DNA of 64,000 nt from the human T2T-CHM13v2.0 reference genome, Homo sapiens, in contig CP068257.2 of assembly GCA_009914755.4 (NCBI GenBank), positions 23,936,001-24,000,000 of the forward strand, written 5' to 3'. The notes under the pieces were generated by a model. That model searched no databases. It was not told the origin of the DNA and saw only the letters and a list, made by a program, of their open reading frames with translations. Positions 51,366 through 64,000 of the stretch are shown piece by piece. The translations under genes were made by a program, and so were the position numbers. The first letter of the stretch is position 1. The number at the start of each line of letters is the position of its first letter.

Positions 51366-52814
51366 AATAAAAGAATGAAGAACCAAATCAACTGCATAGC
51401 AGAAGCAGCATATGCCAAGGCTCTGTGGGAGCTCAATGAGAAAAAAAGATGAAGCCCTGTTGTTTGTTCTGCTTTTATTCTAAACACTGCTGGAAACCAT
51501 TGAGGATTTAAGCAGGGGCACTCTGTGGGCTCCATCCTCTTCCTCTCAACCTTTCTGCTACAGCCACACCTTCTGACTCTCTTTCTGTAGTACTTGTGAC
51601 AAGGCCTTTGCCCGTGATGTCCCCTTTTCACAGACTCTTCTTTCTACCTGCCTTCTCCTACCTCCTTCAGACTCCAGCCTTCAGATTCCCCTGTGAAGTC
51701 TTCCCTGACCTCCCTGATAGCACGTTCTTTTTTAATAGCACCCTCAGTGATCGCTTTGCCTGATTTATGTCTCTCTCTCCCACCTACATCTTCACAAGAT
51801 GAGACACTGTCTGTTATTGCGTGCAGTTGTGTCCCAGCCACTAGCATAGTGACTGGCCTATTGTAGGCTCTTATTTCCCACTGGATAATGGAAGATGGAA
51901 AGAATAGAAAAGAAAGAGGGAGGAGGAAAAGTAGAGGAAAATAAGGTGGGGTGGGGAGGCATTGAGGCCAGCTCAATTTCAGACATTGATTTTGAGTGGT
52001 ACATCTAGGTAGCCGTTTCTGAAAACAGGTGTGGAGGTCAAGAGAGGTAGACTAAGGAGTCCTTAGAACATGGGAACTCACTTAAGCCAGTGAATGAAGA
52101 AGAGCAGAGTCTTTGGATACAAGGCTTGAGGTCACTAACTATCAATATGGACAAGTTACGAAGTCACTGAATCCTCTTTAAGAGCCACACAGAGACAGAA
52201 CTTGATCCCAGCCACACAGACCCCCGATAGCATGCTTCCCATATCCCCAGGCTGGTCACTTGGAGCACCCTGAATATTGATGATACATAAATGAGACACT
52301 CCTAATGGTTTGGCTTCTGAAGTTTATTAGGTACTTACTGATATCCATCAGTTATAGATAGGGTTGTTGAAATACGCGTAATCATACCTTTCCCCCAGCT
52401 CCCGCTAAGGTGTTGCAGAGATCTAAAGAGAAAATGCACATGAAAATACTTTCCAAATATCAAGTGTCAAACATGTGAAGATGACATTGTCATTACAGAG
52501 ATCAAGTGACAATATTAAGGATGGTTTTTTTCTTTCTAGAAGGGAGAAATACATTGCATTAGAGTCCATCTTTTTAGACACTTTTGTGGTTGCCTCAGTC
52601 TATTCAAGGTTTTTTGTTTTTGTTTTTGTTTTAATTTGTACCACTCAATCTGTTTTAAGAAAATACCTTCGACTGGGTAATGTATAGCAAAAACTTATTG
52701 TTCACACATCTGGAAGCGAGGAATTCCAAGATCAAGGCACTGACTGAATCAATATCTGCTGAGGGCTCACTCTCTGCTTCAAAAATGGCACCTTATGGCT
52801 GTGTGCTCACATAG

Positions 52815-53154
<340 letters not shown>

Positions 53155-53159
53155 AAGCC

Positions 53160-53299
53160 TCTTTTATAAGAGCATTAATCCTACACATGAGGACTTCACC
53201 TTCATGACCTAATCATCTCCCAAAGGTCCTACCTCTTAATATCCTTACCTCAGGGGTTAGGGTTCAACATATGAATTTTGAGGGGACACAGTCATGCAC

Positions 53300-53300
<1 letters not shown>
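53160..53300 (-). mobile_element. Ancient interspersed repeat, copy 3 (3' part only), directly abutting a MIR
   Basis: taagagcattaatcctacacatgaggacttcaccttcatgacctaatcatctcccaaaggtcctacctcttaatatccttacctcaggggttagggttcaacatatgaattttgaggggacacag, about 85% similar to 51030-51150. Confidence 0.6.
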
Positions 53301-53840
<540 letters not shown>

Positions 53841-54537
53841 TATCATCATTGTCTTTAAGAGTGCTCTGGAGAGCAGGGACCAAAGGAAAGAATTACTGAA
53901 TCTATCTCAATTCCTTTCAGCATCCTCAGATCTGGATTATATTACCCAAGGTACAAGATGTTGCATTAGACTGCATAACTCCCTGCAACAGAATGGAGAG
54001 TTCCTACCCTTCCCACTTGCTGTTTAATTAAGGACATATATTAAGCATAGCTGTCCTAAGCAGGGACTCTCGCGGGAAATAAAGTATAACTTAAGTCATG
54101 TTATATGCAGAAAGACAAATCTTTTCCCTGCCCATGTTTTGGAGACTGCACAGGAAAGACCTAATGTGTTTATTCCAGGCATGGCTCTTTTCTTATCTTG
54201 GAGAATGATCTTGAATAAGCCATTTCACCATTATGGGCCTCATTTTCCTTAACTGTGAAATGAATAAGGGAGAAATGGCGGGGAGTGAAGTTGGAAAGTA
54301 TCTGTACATTCTCCCCAAAGGTTTTCATTGTTAGGATTTCACGCTTGTAGACTAATGGATGCCTGTCCATCCTTTGTTTGATCCTGGCAAGTGTTTGTTA
54401 AATGTTATTTTCTCCCCCAAGAAAATTCCATTAAAAATCATTTTCATATCATCTAATTTCTTATAAAATTGCTAATTAACATTCAGTAAAGCACCAACTA
54501 CTGAGTTGATAATAAATATGTTTTATAAAAGAAAGAA

Positions 54538-54858
<321 letters not shown>

Positions 54859-55198
54859 TTACTGATTTTAATTGGCAGGCAAAACTAATCTAATGATGTA
54901 ATTTAGAAGCAGACAATCCTGAAAGAGAATGTTCCTGCTTATAGTAATTAAAACCAGGTGAGGCTAGTGAGTTGTTAATGTTTCTTGAAGGTACGTTTTG
55001 AGTACTGTATTGTTATAAAATACCTGAAGGAAGGTGTCACTTTGGGAGAGTAAGGTAAGCTACATGCTGGAGACACCGTGGGCTTCCCTGAATAGGTTTA
55101 TTTGGCTAGAAAAGAGGGTGGGAGGGGCACAGCATGAATGTGCTTGTGGGCTCATCAGGACACAATGTTGAAGTCAGGCTTATTTCAAAAAGTGATCT

Positions 55199-55554
<356 letters not shown>

Positions 55555-56229
55555 TTAAAAACCTTACATTCTATCCATAAGAGCTTAAACTTACATGAGA
55601 GACACTTGGGAATGTATGTGGTTCTGGAAATAGGAGTATATTTTTCTCTAAATTTCAGAGTGTGGGCACACTTTCCAGCACCTTCTCCACACCCATGGGG
55701 AAAAATAAACCATCCAACACAGAAATACCAAATCTGAGATGTGAGAAGTCACTCCATTTAAACCCAGCCCTTTCCTTCATTGCTTGTTTTAGGAAATGTG
55801 CCTCGACACCCTAGTGTTACTTTGAATTCAGAATTAGAATGGGTGGAAAGAATTAAAAATGGTAAGCTGTCCCAAAACACCAAGTCCTCATTTATATTTA
55901 CCTGACAAAACTGCTTATAGAGTCAGAGTGAAAGTGATTGTGACAGGTGGGGGCAGGCACTATGCTCAAGGAGAAGAGAACAGAACTTAGAGGAACTCTG
56001 ACAGTATTTCCTCCCCATTCCTCCCAAATTGCCCCATGCTCCCTGGTGCAGTGATTCCTACAGGCAGAACCACAACGAAACCAGTTCCCAAACACTTGTT
56101 AATGAAGCAGTATTAACTGCCGCCATTTCTTTCACCATCCTTTTGCTGATGTTTTTTAAGTTAGGAATTTATTATTTGTTTTTATGTAAAAAAACACACT
56201 GTCCTTTGACCAAAACTTTAGTCAGGGCC

Positions 56230-57330
56230 CTCTGAGTCCTTTTCTTGACTAGATCCAACCTTAGGCTTCCCTCTCTGTCTTTGTAGAATCCAGTTTGAGC
56301 AAGAATCCTGCTAAGTCAGTTTATTGAAAATTCCCCCCACCCAGTATCTGACCTTCGATATCTTGTCACCCTGGCCTGCCTTCAGCAAGAACCCTAACAA
56401 ATCAGTTTAGCTAGAAACCCCTTATCCTTGATGTTTCTTCTTAGTACTTTTTTGTCCACTGACACCCCCCCAAACCCTGCTACTGAGTTAGAAGTCCACT
56501 TGTCCTTGTTGTTGGAATTGAGTCCAATTTTTCTCCCCCACTGCTGCAGTAGTTCCCATACCTATCTCCATGGCCTCCCCTTTGAATAAAGTCTGCCTTA
56601 CCATCTTTAACAAGCGTCATGAATAGTTTTTTTCTTGGAATGTTCCTGAAACCACCATTGCAAAATTATAACTGAGACAGTGAAAGAGACCTGACCTAAC
56701 CAACTCCATCTTCTAACCTCCAAGCTGATCTTGTTTATTCCTGGGCGTAGGCTGAACTAACTTTGGGAGGAACTTAGTTCATTGTTTATAGTTTGACACA
56801 AAGATGGTGACAACGTTTTCCCAAAACAAACCCCCTTCTTGCCTGGGGACTAGACTGCCTTTGTAGGACTAACAAATTAGCCACGAGATTAGAAATTATG
56901 GTTTAAGAGTCATTCAGGCGGAGGCTGTAAGATCCTGACCCTCCATAAACTGCTCCTAAAATCAGTGTTTGAGATATTTCGCAGACCCTGCACTTGATGG
57001 ATCAGCTGGTGCCACCCAGACGGAGAAACTGGCTCATCTGATCTTGTGGCCCCCACCCGGAACTGACTCAGCACAGAGGACAGTTTCAACTTCCTATGAT
57101 TTCATCTCCAACCCAACCAATCAGCACTCTCGACCCACTGGTCTTTCCCTCACCTACCAAGAATTATCCTTAAACACTCTGATCCCTGAATGCGGAGAGA
57201 CTGATATGAGTAATGATAAAACTCCATCTTCCACACAGCCAGCTCTGCGTGAATGACTCTTTCACCATTACAATTGCCCTGTCTTGATAAATCAGCTCTA
57301 TCTGGGCATCGGGCAAGGTGAACCCATTGG
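56230..57330 (+). mobile_element. LTR-like retroelement sequence (one or two solo-LTR segments; family not assigned)
   Basis: Promoter-like features typical of ERV LTRs: ccaaccaatcagcactctcgacccactggtctttccc (CCAAT-like), cctttgaataaagtctgcc and gtaatgataaaactcc (AATAAA-like), and ctctgcgtgaatgactctttcacc. It is not Alu, L1 or MIR. Confidence 0.4.
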
Positions 57331-58648
57331 GTGGTTATATTCCTAACACAAAGAAATGATAAATGCTTGAGGACGTGGATATTCCAATTACCCTGCTTGC
57401 TACACTGTATGCTTGTATCAAATCATCACCTGTACCCCATAAATATATAAAACTATTATGTACCCATAATAATTAAAAAAAATTTTAAATATTTTTAATA
57501 TATCTTATGCATTAGTTGCTTTACTAAGTATAAAACTCAAGTCTGCAAATTTTTTCTACACGTTTTTTGGAGGCTTGCTTTCTCTATTATCCATGTGGGC
57601 AATACCCTCATAGACACTAAATACAAGAGACAATTCTCAACCCTCTTTTTAGCCTTGGACTGTACAAACACCTCCACCTTTAGCTCCTGATTCTCTCCCA
57701 GTTCCTTTTGTACTTTTTGACTGCTCTTTCTTGTGTTCTTTCTCTGGGTTCTTTCTCTTCCTACCTCTTACTGCAGTTATTTCCTTAGATTTATCCATAA
57801 ACATTCACTTCTTTGTCTGATTGATCTCATTCACTGCTCCTGCCTTCTAGAAAGTTCCTCAAACAATAATCCATAGATTCGTTGCATCAGAATTAATCAA
57901 GGTACTTGTTAATAATACAGCTTCCTGGGGCTGCTGAGATTAAAACTTCTGAAACTCAGAATTTTAACATAATTTTAAGGAAAGAATCATAATGAAGGAG
58001 CTCCAAAGGATTCTGGGGAGAAGATAGTCCAGTGATCACTGTTCTAGAAGATGCTGCTAATATTTATATTTATTTCTTTAGTCAATCCTGAGGGTTTCCT
58101 GTTCTCTAGAGCACTCATTCTAACAGTCTACTGGTCACCCCAGCTATATTTCTCTCTCTCAACTCATCCCAAACCTGCAGGAATTATGTATGCCCTCTAT
58201 GTTTCTTATTCCTTTAATGACACTATTTATAACCTCCACATACAGCCACCTATGCTAGAAATCTGATACCTACATGTTCTCTCCTTTCTCACCCCTACAT
58301 CTAGCTGATAACATAATCCTGTTGACCATGTTTGTGAAATATCATCTGAATCCACCCGGTTTTTCATTTATCACACGGTGACCATTTACTTCACAACTTG
58401 GTCTCTTTCTCAGGATATTGTAATAGTTTAGACTTGACTAACACCCTGATTCTCTTTTCTGTAATCCATCCTGCACATTTCAATATGAGTCATCATTCTA
58501 GAGCAGCACTCTCTTGTAGAACTTCCTGCAATGATGGAAATACATTTTCCAATATGGCAGCCCCTACCCTCATGTGACTATTGAGAAATTCATATGTGAT
58601 CAGTGTCAGTGGAGAACTGCATTTTACATATAATTGAATTCAAATTTA

Positions 58649-58991
<343 letters not shown>

Positions 58992-60689
58992 CTACCATAT
59001 TGGACACCACAGTTCTAAAATATGAGTCTTTTCTTATTGCTTTCAAAAAGCTCATTAGCTGTAGGATGAGGTCTAGACAGTAGCGTGAATGCTCTTCGTA
59101 CTCTAACCTCCCCTTCAGTTTCTACCACCACCACCACCTACCTCACTATCCCGATCCCACATACACTTTAGTACTGTAGAACCTTGCTTTTTCTAAATAA
59201 ACCATAATTTTTCAATCTCCTAGCTCTGGATCCTGCTGTTTCCTCTATGTAGAATGCCTCTCCTTTATGTCCTTCCCTTCAGAATTTGACCCATTTTTCA
59301 AGGTTTAATAAAGAAAGCCCTGGCCCCACTCCCAACAAAAGGAACATCCCCTTATCATGGACCTTGGACAAGCCATTTAGTGTCTCTCCGCCCAGTTTTC
59401 TCATCTGCAAAGTGGGAATGATAACATTTCCTCTTTTATGGAGTTGTTGGGGGATTAGATATTGCGTTATTCAGACTCCATCACTGAGAAAGCATGCAAT
59501 AAAAATAGCTGTTATTATTTTCTGTCCTCCTGTAACATTTACCATGTGGTATCAGGCATCTTTCCTGATAAGACTCTGTCTCCCCTCAAGACTGTGAGCT
59601 TGTTAGCAAGAAAGCCTCTATCTTGTTCATGGTTGTCCTTCAGCATCCAGCACATTGTTGCCATTTGTCAAATGCCTTGGCTGGGTGGCAAATAAATAAC
59701 TTAGTCAGTTACTCACATAGGATTGCATAGAATTTTTTTAAGTATGACATTTTTGTGTATATTTTTAGGGAGGAGTAAAAGACATATAGCTGTAGCAAGA
59801 ATTAGAAAAAAGAAGATGCCAACAACTTTTCTTTTTAAGCATCAAATCCTTCTCATTACTGCCCAGAAAAACTGGCATAAGCTGTTGTTAAATCTGTGCC
59901 CCTTCTCCTCGGTTGACTGGAGTACGAGTTTTAACATTTTGCCATTTTGACTTTCCTTTCTGGGCCCCCTGGGTCCTCTCCTCCCACCCCCTCCCTGGGT
60001 ACTAAGTTTTCATCACTGTCACCACGGCAACAGCAAGGATGCCTCATTCCTCACAGTTCTGCACAGCTAAACTCTGGTCGCCTTTGTCCACTGAGCTAGC
60101 TGAATTCTTTTTAAATACACCACTAAATCAACTATCTGCTGTACAGAACTTCATCCATTATTCAACCTTTAAAAAAAAACAAAAACAAAAACAAACAAAA
60201 AAACAAAAGAAAAAAACTGATGTATACTAATTTCTTCTCCTGGGAATGGCCTTTTTCCAGACCTGCCAATACTCTTGAATACACCATACATTTTTGGTCC
60301 CTAGGAACAAATATAAAAATTGCCAGTGTACGTGCGTCCAGTGTAAGTGTGGTGCAATTTTAAAGCACGCAACAGAGCATTCATAATGGGTTTCCCTTTT
60401 AAAAGCACAGTAGACCAAAAATAAACCTGACAAAGGGCAGCTGTAGAGTTTTAACACGTGGAAAACTCCACAAGCAGCAGTTATGTAACTTGAAAGAAAC
60501 ATGATAAATATTTCACACCATTAGATGAACTTCCAACTCTGACACTGAAAAAAAAGCAAAGAACAAGAACGCGAGACAAATGCACCTCAAATCTCCAAGG
60601 AGCAAAAAGCTTAAACTGAGAAGGGACCAAGGCTGTACTAAAATCTGAGACCTGACTTCCAGCACGAGTCTTGATTGCTTTTTTTTTTC

Positions 60690-61960
60690 TCGAGTTCGAG
60701 GCGGAGCCCGCGAACCCCATCTCCTCAGAGCGCCACCCCCTCAGCTTCGCCCGTTGGGCAGAATTTTCCAAATATCTCCACCCCTAGGCTGAAAAGCCAG
60801 AAAGAAGTTTTGAGCCAACGAGGGGAAGAAAGGAGTTGGGGCAAAACAGGAGGCGTTTCCCTACCCGCATACATCCCCGTCCCCGAGACACCCAATCCCC
60901 CCACCCCCAGCCTGCCCGCGCCTCCCGCCCCCAGCTCCTCGCCCTGGGGACAGCTGGCAGCCCCGCGCGGACCAGACACAAAGCCGATCAATCCCGGAGG
61001 CGTGGGGGCGGAGGGACGACCCGCCGGGGCTTTCCCGGGCGCTGCTCTCCTCCTGCTGCCCCCTCGCTAGGACCCGGCGGACGCCTCGTCTGGTTTTCAC
61101 GCCCTCTAGCCCCTACCCCCACACCCCCAAAACAGAACAGACCCCCATCCCTGGGCTGGAGGACCCGCCTCTTGGCAGCCAGCTGAGAAGGCGCCCCGGG
61201 GAGGGGGAAACTGACATCCCATCTAGAGCCGTCCCTCCTCTTCCTCCCCTCCCGACTCTCTGCTCCTTTCCCGCCCCAGAAGTTCAAGGGCCCCCGGCCT
61301 CCTGCGCTCCTGCCGCCGGGACCCTCGACCTCCTCAGAGCAGCCGGCTGCCGCCCCGGGAAGATGGCGAGGAGGAGCCGCCACCGCCTCCTCCTGCTGCT
61401 GCTGCGCTACCTGGTGGTCGCCCTGGGCTGTAAGTTGCTCGGGTTCCTCTACCCTTCCTGCCTGGACCAGCCTGCCCCCACCCTCCAGCCCCCCACGGGG
61501 CGCTGGCTGACAGTGTCTGGGCGGCTCTGGGCCGAGGTCGCCGCGGGGCGTCTGACCTTGCGCCCAGGCGAGCGGGAAACCCAGGGTGCCCGCGAGCGGA
61601 CGCTGGGAGCAAGGGAGCGCGAGGTCGTGGGTTTCTTGTGAATTGCGTCTGATTTTGTCAGTTCTAGATACAGAAAATTAAGGGTTCCCACTAGCAGGTT
61701 CTCATCTGTTTGCAAAGTTGGGGTAAGTTTTCAGACAGAGGGACGTGATTCGAATGCAAAACTCACTACCCACTGGTAAGATGCTAAGACCCCAAGAAAG
61801 ATGGCATCACTGGGAGGCGGGCGCCGGCCACACTTTGAGTCCCCGGGGAGGGGGCAGCGTCCGCGTGGTCTGGGCTCTGTAGCGTCCCAGCTGAGCCGGC
61901 GATATGCAGCGCACTTGTGGGGCGGAGGTGGAGGGAATTCGTGGCTGCTGAGCCAGAATT
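60690..61960. promoter_or_regulatory. JAM2: CpG island, JAM2 promoter, covering the 5'UTR, exon 1 and the start of intron 1
   Basis: Dense CpG. GC boxes include cccgccccc at about 60925, gggggcggag at about 61003 and ttcccgcccc at about 61268. No TATA box is evident. It contains the JAM2 ATG. Confidence 0.8.
61363..61429 (+). CDS. JAM2: JAM2 exon 1, coding part (signal peptide). The 5'UTR extends upstream within the CpG island.
   Basis: ATG at 61363 in gggaagATGG Kozak context. It encodes MARRSRHRLLLLLLRYLVVALG plus 1 nt, then donor GTAAGT at 61430-61435. This matches the JAM2 N-terminus I remember, and it lies in the promoter CpG island. Confidence 0.85.
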
Positions 61961-62265
61961 ACTTTTATCCTCTCCACCTGCACATCTACATTCACTTAGA
62001 GAAGTCTGGTCTGGGGACTCTAGCCAGCTGCTCTGTCCTCAGGGGACATCCAACGGGACGATTGTTAGAAAGATTCAGAAGCCACATGATCCAGTAGCTG
62101 GGGAGACGTCCCAAAGCCAATTTCACCGGATGATTTTAAACAGGATTTTCACGGATTCTGGACTCATGAGATTTGAAATCCTGGGAACGTTGCCGTTATT
62201 TTGTTTTCTTCGCGTTAACTTTTTAGGAAAATGGAGGAAATTACAATAGACTAAGCAATGCAGTT

Positions 62266-62396
62266 CTACTTTTGCTTTTTCTTTTTTCTCTCACCTTTTT
62301 TGTTTTGCTTTTTTCCCTTCCTTCCTTCCTCCCTTCCTTTCTCTTTCTTCTTTCTTTCTCTCTCTCTCTCTTTCTTTCTCTCTTTCTTTCTTTTGT
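62266..62396. repeat. Polypyrimidine (TTCC)n/(TCTT)n/(CT)n low-complexity tract in JAM2 intron 1
   Basis: ttttttcccttccttccttcctcccttcctttctctttcttctttctttctctctctctctctttctttctctctttctttcttttg; the pure C/T run is roughly 62310-62396, about 87 nt. Confidence 0.9.
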
Positions 62397-64000
62397 AAAA
62401 TGAGTTATTGTTGCTATTCACGTTCTGGTAAAGTAACACTTATAATACTTAACCTGCGGGACGAGTGTCTAATACCACAATACAATGATATTTTCTCACG
62501 CCCTCGCTGCCCAAGTGATCATCGCACAGCTCAAGTGATGTGAGCCACGTCCCTTTGTGGAGGAGGAAGGTGCACATTGTCTCAGGGAAGGGACATGTAC
62601 TGACCAATATTATATAAAGTCAAACCAGAAAGCCAAAGTTTCACAATGAAACCCTTGTGCAATTCTGAAATATCAATTGGTATCATATGGAACACACAGA
62701 AGAAAAAAAATGCACTCATGCTAAAAGGCAACAGAGAGGTAGGCTGGAGAAATTGTAACAGAACAACTGAGAAAGTTATGTATTCTGCTGAAATTCTAAA
62801 TTTCAAATAGAAAAGAGTGTGCCTTTTAGTGTAGAATTGTCACTAATTAAAAACAGAAAATCGTTCTGCTGTGCTATTCCTATTGAATCACCAACATAGA
62901 AACAATACACCCCAAGTCTGAAATTGTAGTGGAGAAACAACCAAGAGGCGAACAAAAGCATAAATGAATGGGGCTGAGTGACCTCTTCAAGCTTTAGGTA
63001 AATATAACACATTGTCTCTGCTAAACTTGATTCCTATAGGGGATGTATTTGGAAGTGTTGTGGGGACTTTTCTATATTGTTCCTGGGATACTAAAAGATC
63101 TGGCATTGCAAGAGTGTTTTCTTTGTATGTGGGTGTTTTTTTTTTATGTTTAAAACAATTTTAGAACAGTTTGGATTTAAATAAAAATTCCAACGCTAGT
63201 ATAGAGAGTTCTCATATATTCCACACCCAGTTTCCCACATTGTTAATATCTTACATTAGTATGGTACACTTTATTCAAATTTCCTTCATTCTTACCTAAT
63301 GCCTTTTCTATTCCAGGATGCCATCCAGGCTACCATATTACATTTAGTTGTCCTGATTCCTTAGGTTCTTCTTGGTTGTAACAGTTTCTTAGGCTTCCCT
63401 TGCTTTCTCTTACTATAATGGGTTTGAGGAGTTCTGGTCAAGTATCTGGTAGAATGACTGCGAATTGCTGTTTCTCTGATATTTTTCTCATAACTAGACT
63501 GGGGTTATAGGTTTTTTGGAGGAAGATCAGAAAGTGGTAAGGGGCCTAGGTAAAGTGACATTTTCATCACATTATCTCCAGGGAACATACCGTACACATG
63601 ACTTATTGCTGTTGATGTGAACCTAGGTCACCTGTAATCATACTCCTAATGTAGTGCATACCAGTTTTCTCCACAGATTACCTACCCTTTTTTCTTCATT
63701 TCCATACTAGATTTTTTTGGAAGGAAGTCACTACATGCAACCCACACTTCTTCAGGAAGGAGAGTTATGCTCCATCTCCTTGAAGGCGGAGTATCTTCAT
63801 AAATTATTTGGAGCTCTTCTGCATGGGAGATGGGTCTCTCCCTTCCCTTCATTTATTTATTTAATCATTTATTTTTCTATCAGTATGGGCTCATAAATAT
63901 TTGCTTTATACTTTGGGTTATAATCCAATACTATTTTATTTATTAAAGACTTAGTGGATTTCTTATGCTGTTATTACATATTCATCTTTTTAATATTCTT

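Noticed and set aside
60675-61383. 131-aa and 116-aa plus-strand ORFs and several minus-strand ORFs in the JAM2 CpG island
   Set aside because: Same GC-richness artefact, with Pro/Ala/Gly/Arg-rich translations. The real JAM2 start is the ATG at 61363 in a different frame, followed by a GT donor after 22 codons.

Overview
This window appears to be human (or closely related hominid) euchromatin covering the MRPL39-JAM2 interval, which I place on chromosome 21q21.3 from memory. Nothing here suggests a novel biological system. What I can support from the sequence: (1) On the minus strand, all 10 coding exons of MRPL39 (mitochondrial ribosomal protein L39, 338-aa isoform) could be reconstructed by phase-consistent splicing: exon 1 ATG at 29042, stop codon at 7271-7273, and a tandem AATAAA poly(A) signal near 7234-7244. 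Exon 3 as given carries an apparent 1-nt insertion that breaks the reading frame. (2) A CpG island (about 28680-29600) surrounds MRPL39 exon 1 and looks like a bidirectional promoter. (3) A second CpG island (about 60690-61960) contains JAM2 exon 1 on the plus strand, with ATG at 61363 encoding the signal peptide MARRSRHRLLLLLLRYLVVALG and a GTAAGT donor at 61430. (4) The roughly 32 kb between the genes and the MRPL39 introns are dominated by interspersed repeats: at least 27 Alu or Alu-monomer copies, several ancient L1 fragments, one young L1PA 3' fragment, MIR elements, a MaLR (THE1/MST-like) LTR, an ERVL-type internal fragment with integrase- and dUTPase-like ORF remnants, and assorted microsatellites. 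Structural oddities worth checking are a roughly 240-bp inverted duplication (palindrome) at 27108-27930 and a tandem duplication of an Alu plus its target-site duplication at 47526-48163. I recognised no tRNA, rRNA, snRNA or miRNA gene. The listed ORFs outside the two genes are repeat-derived or GC-rich artefacts.
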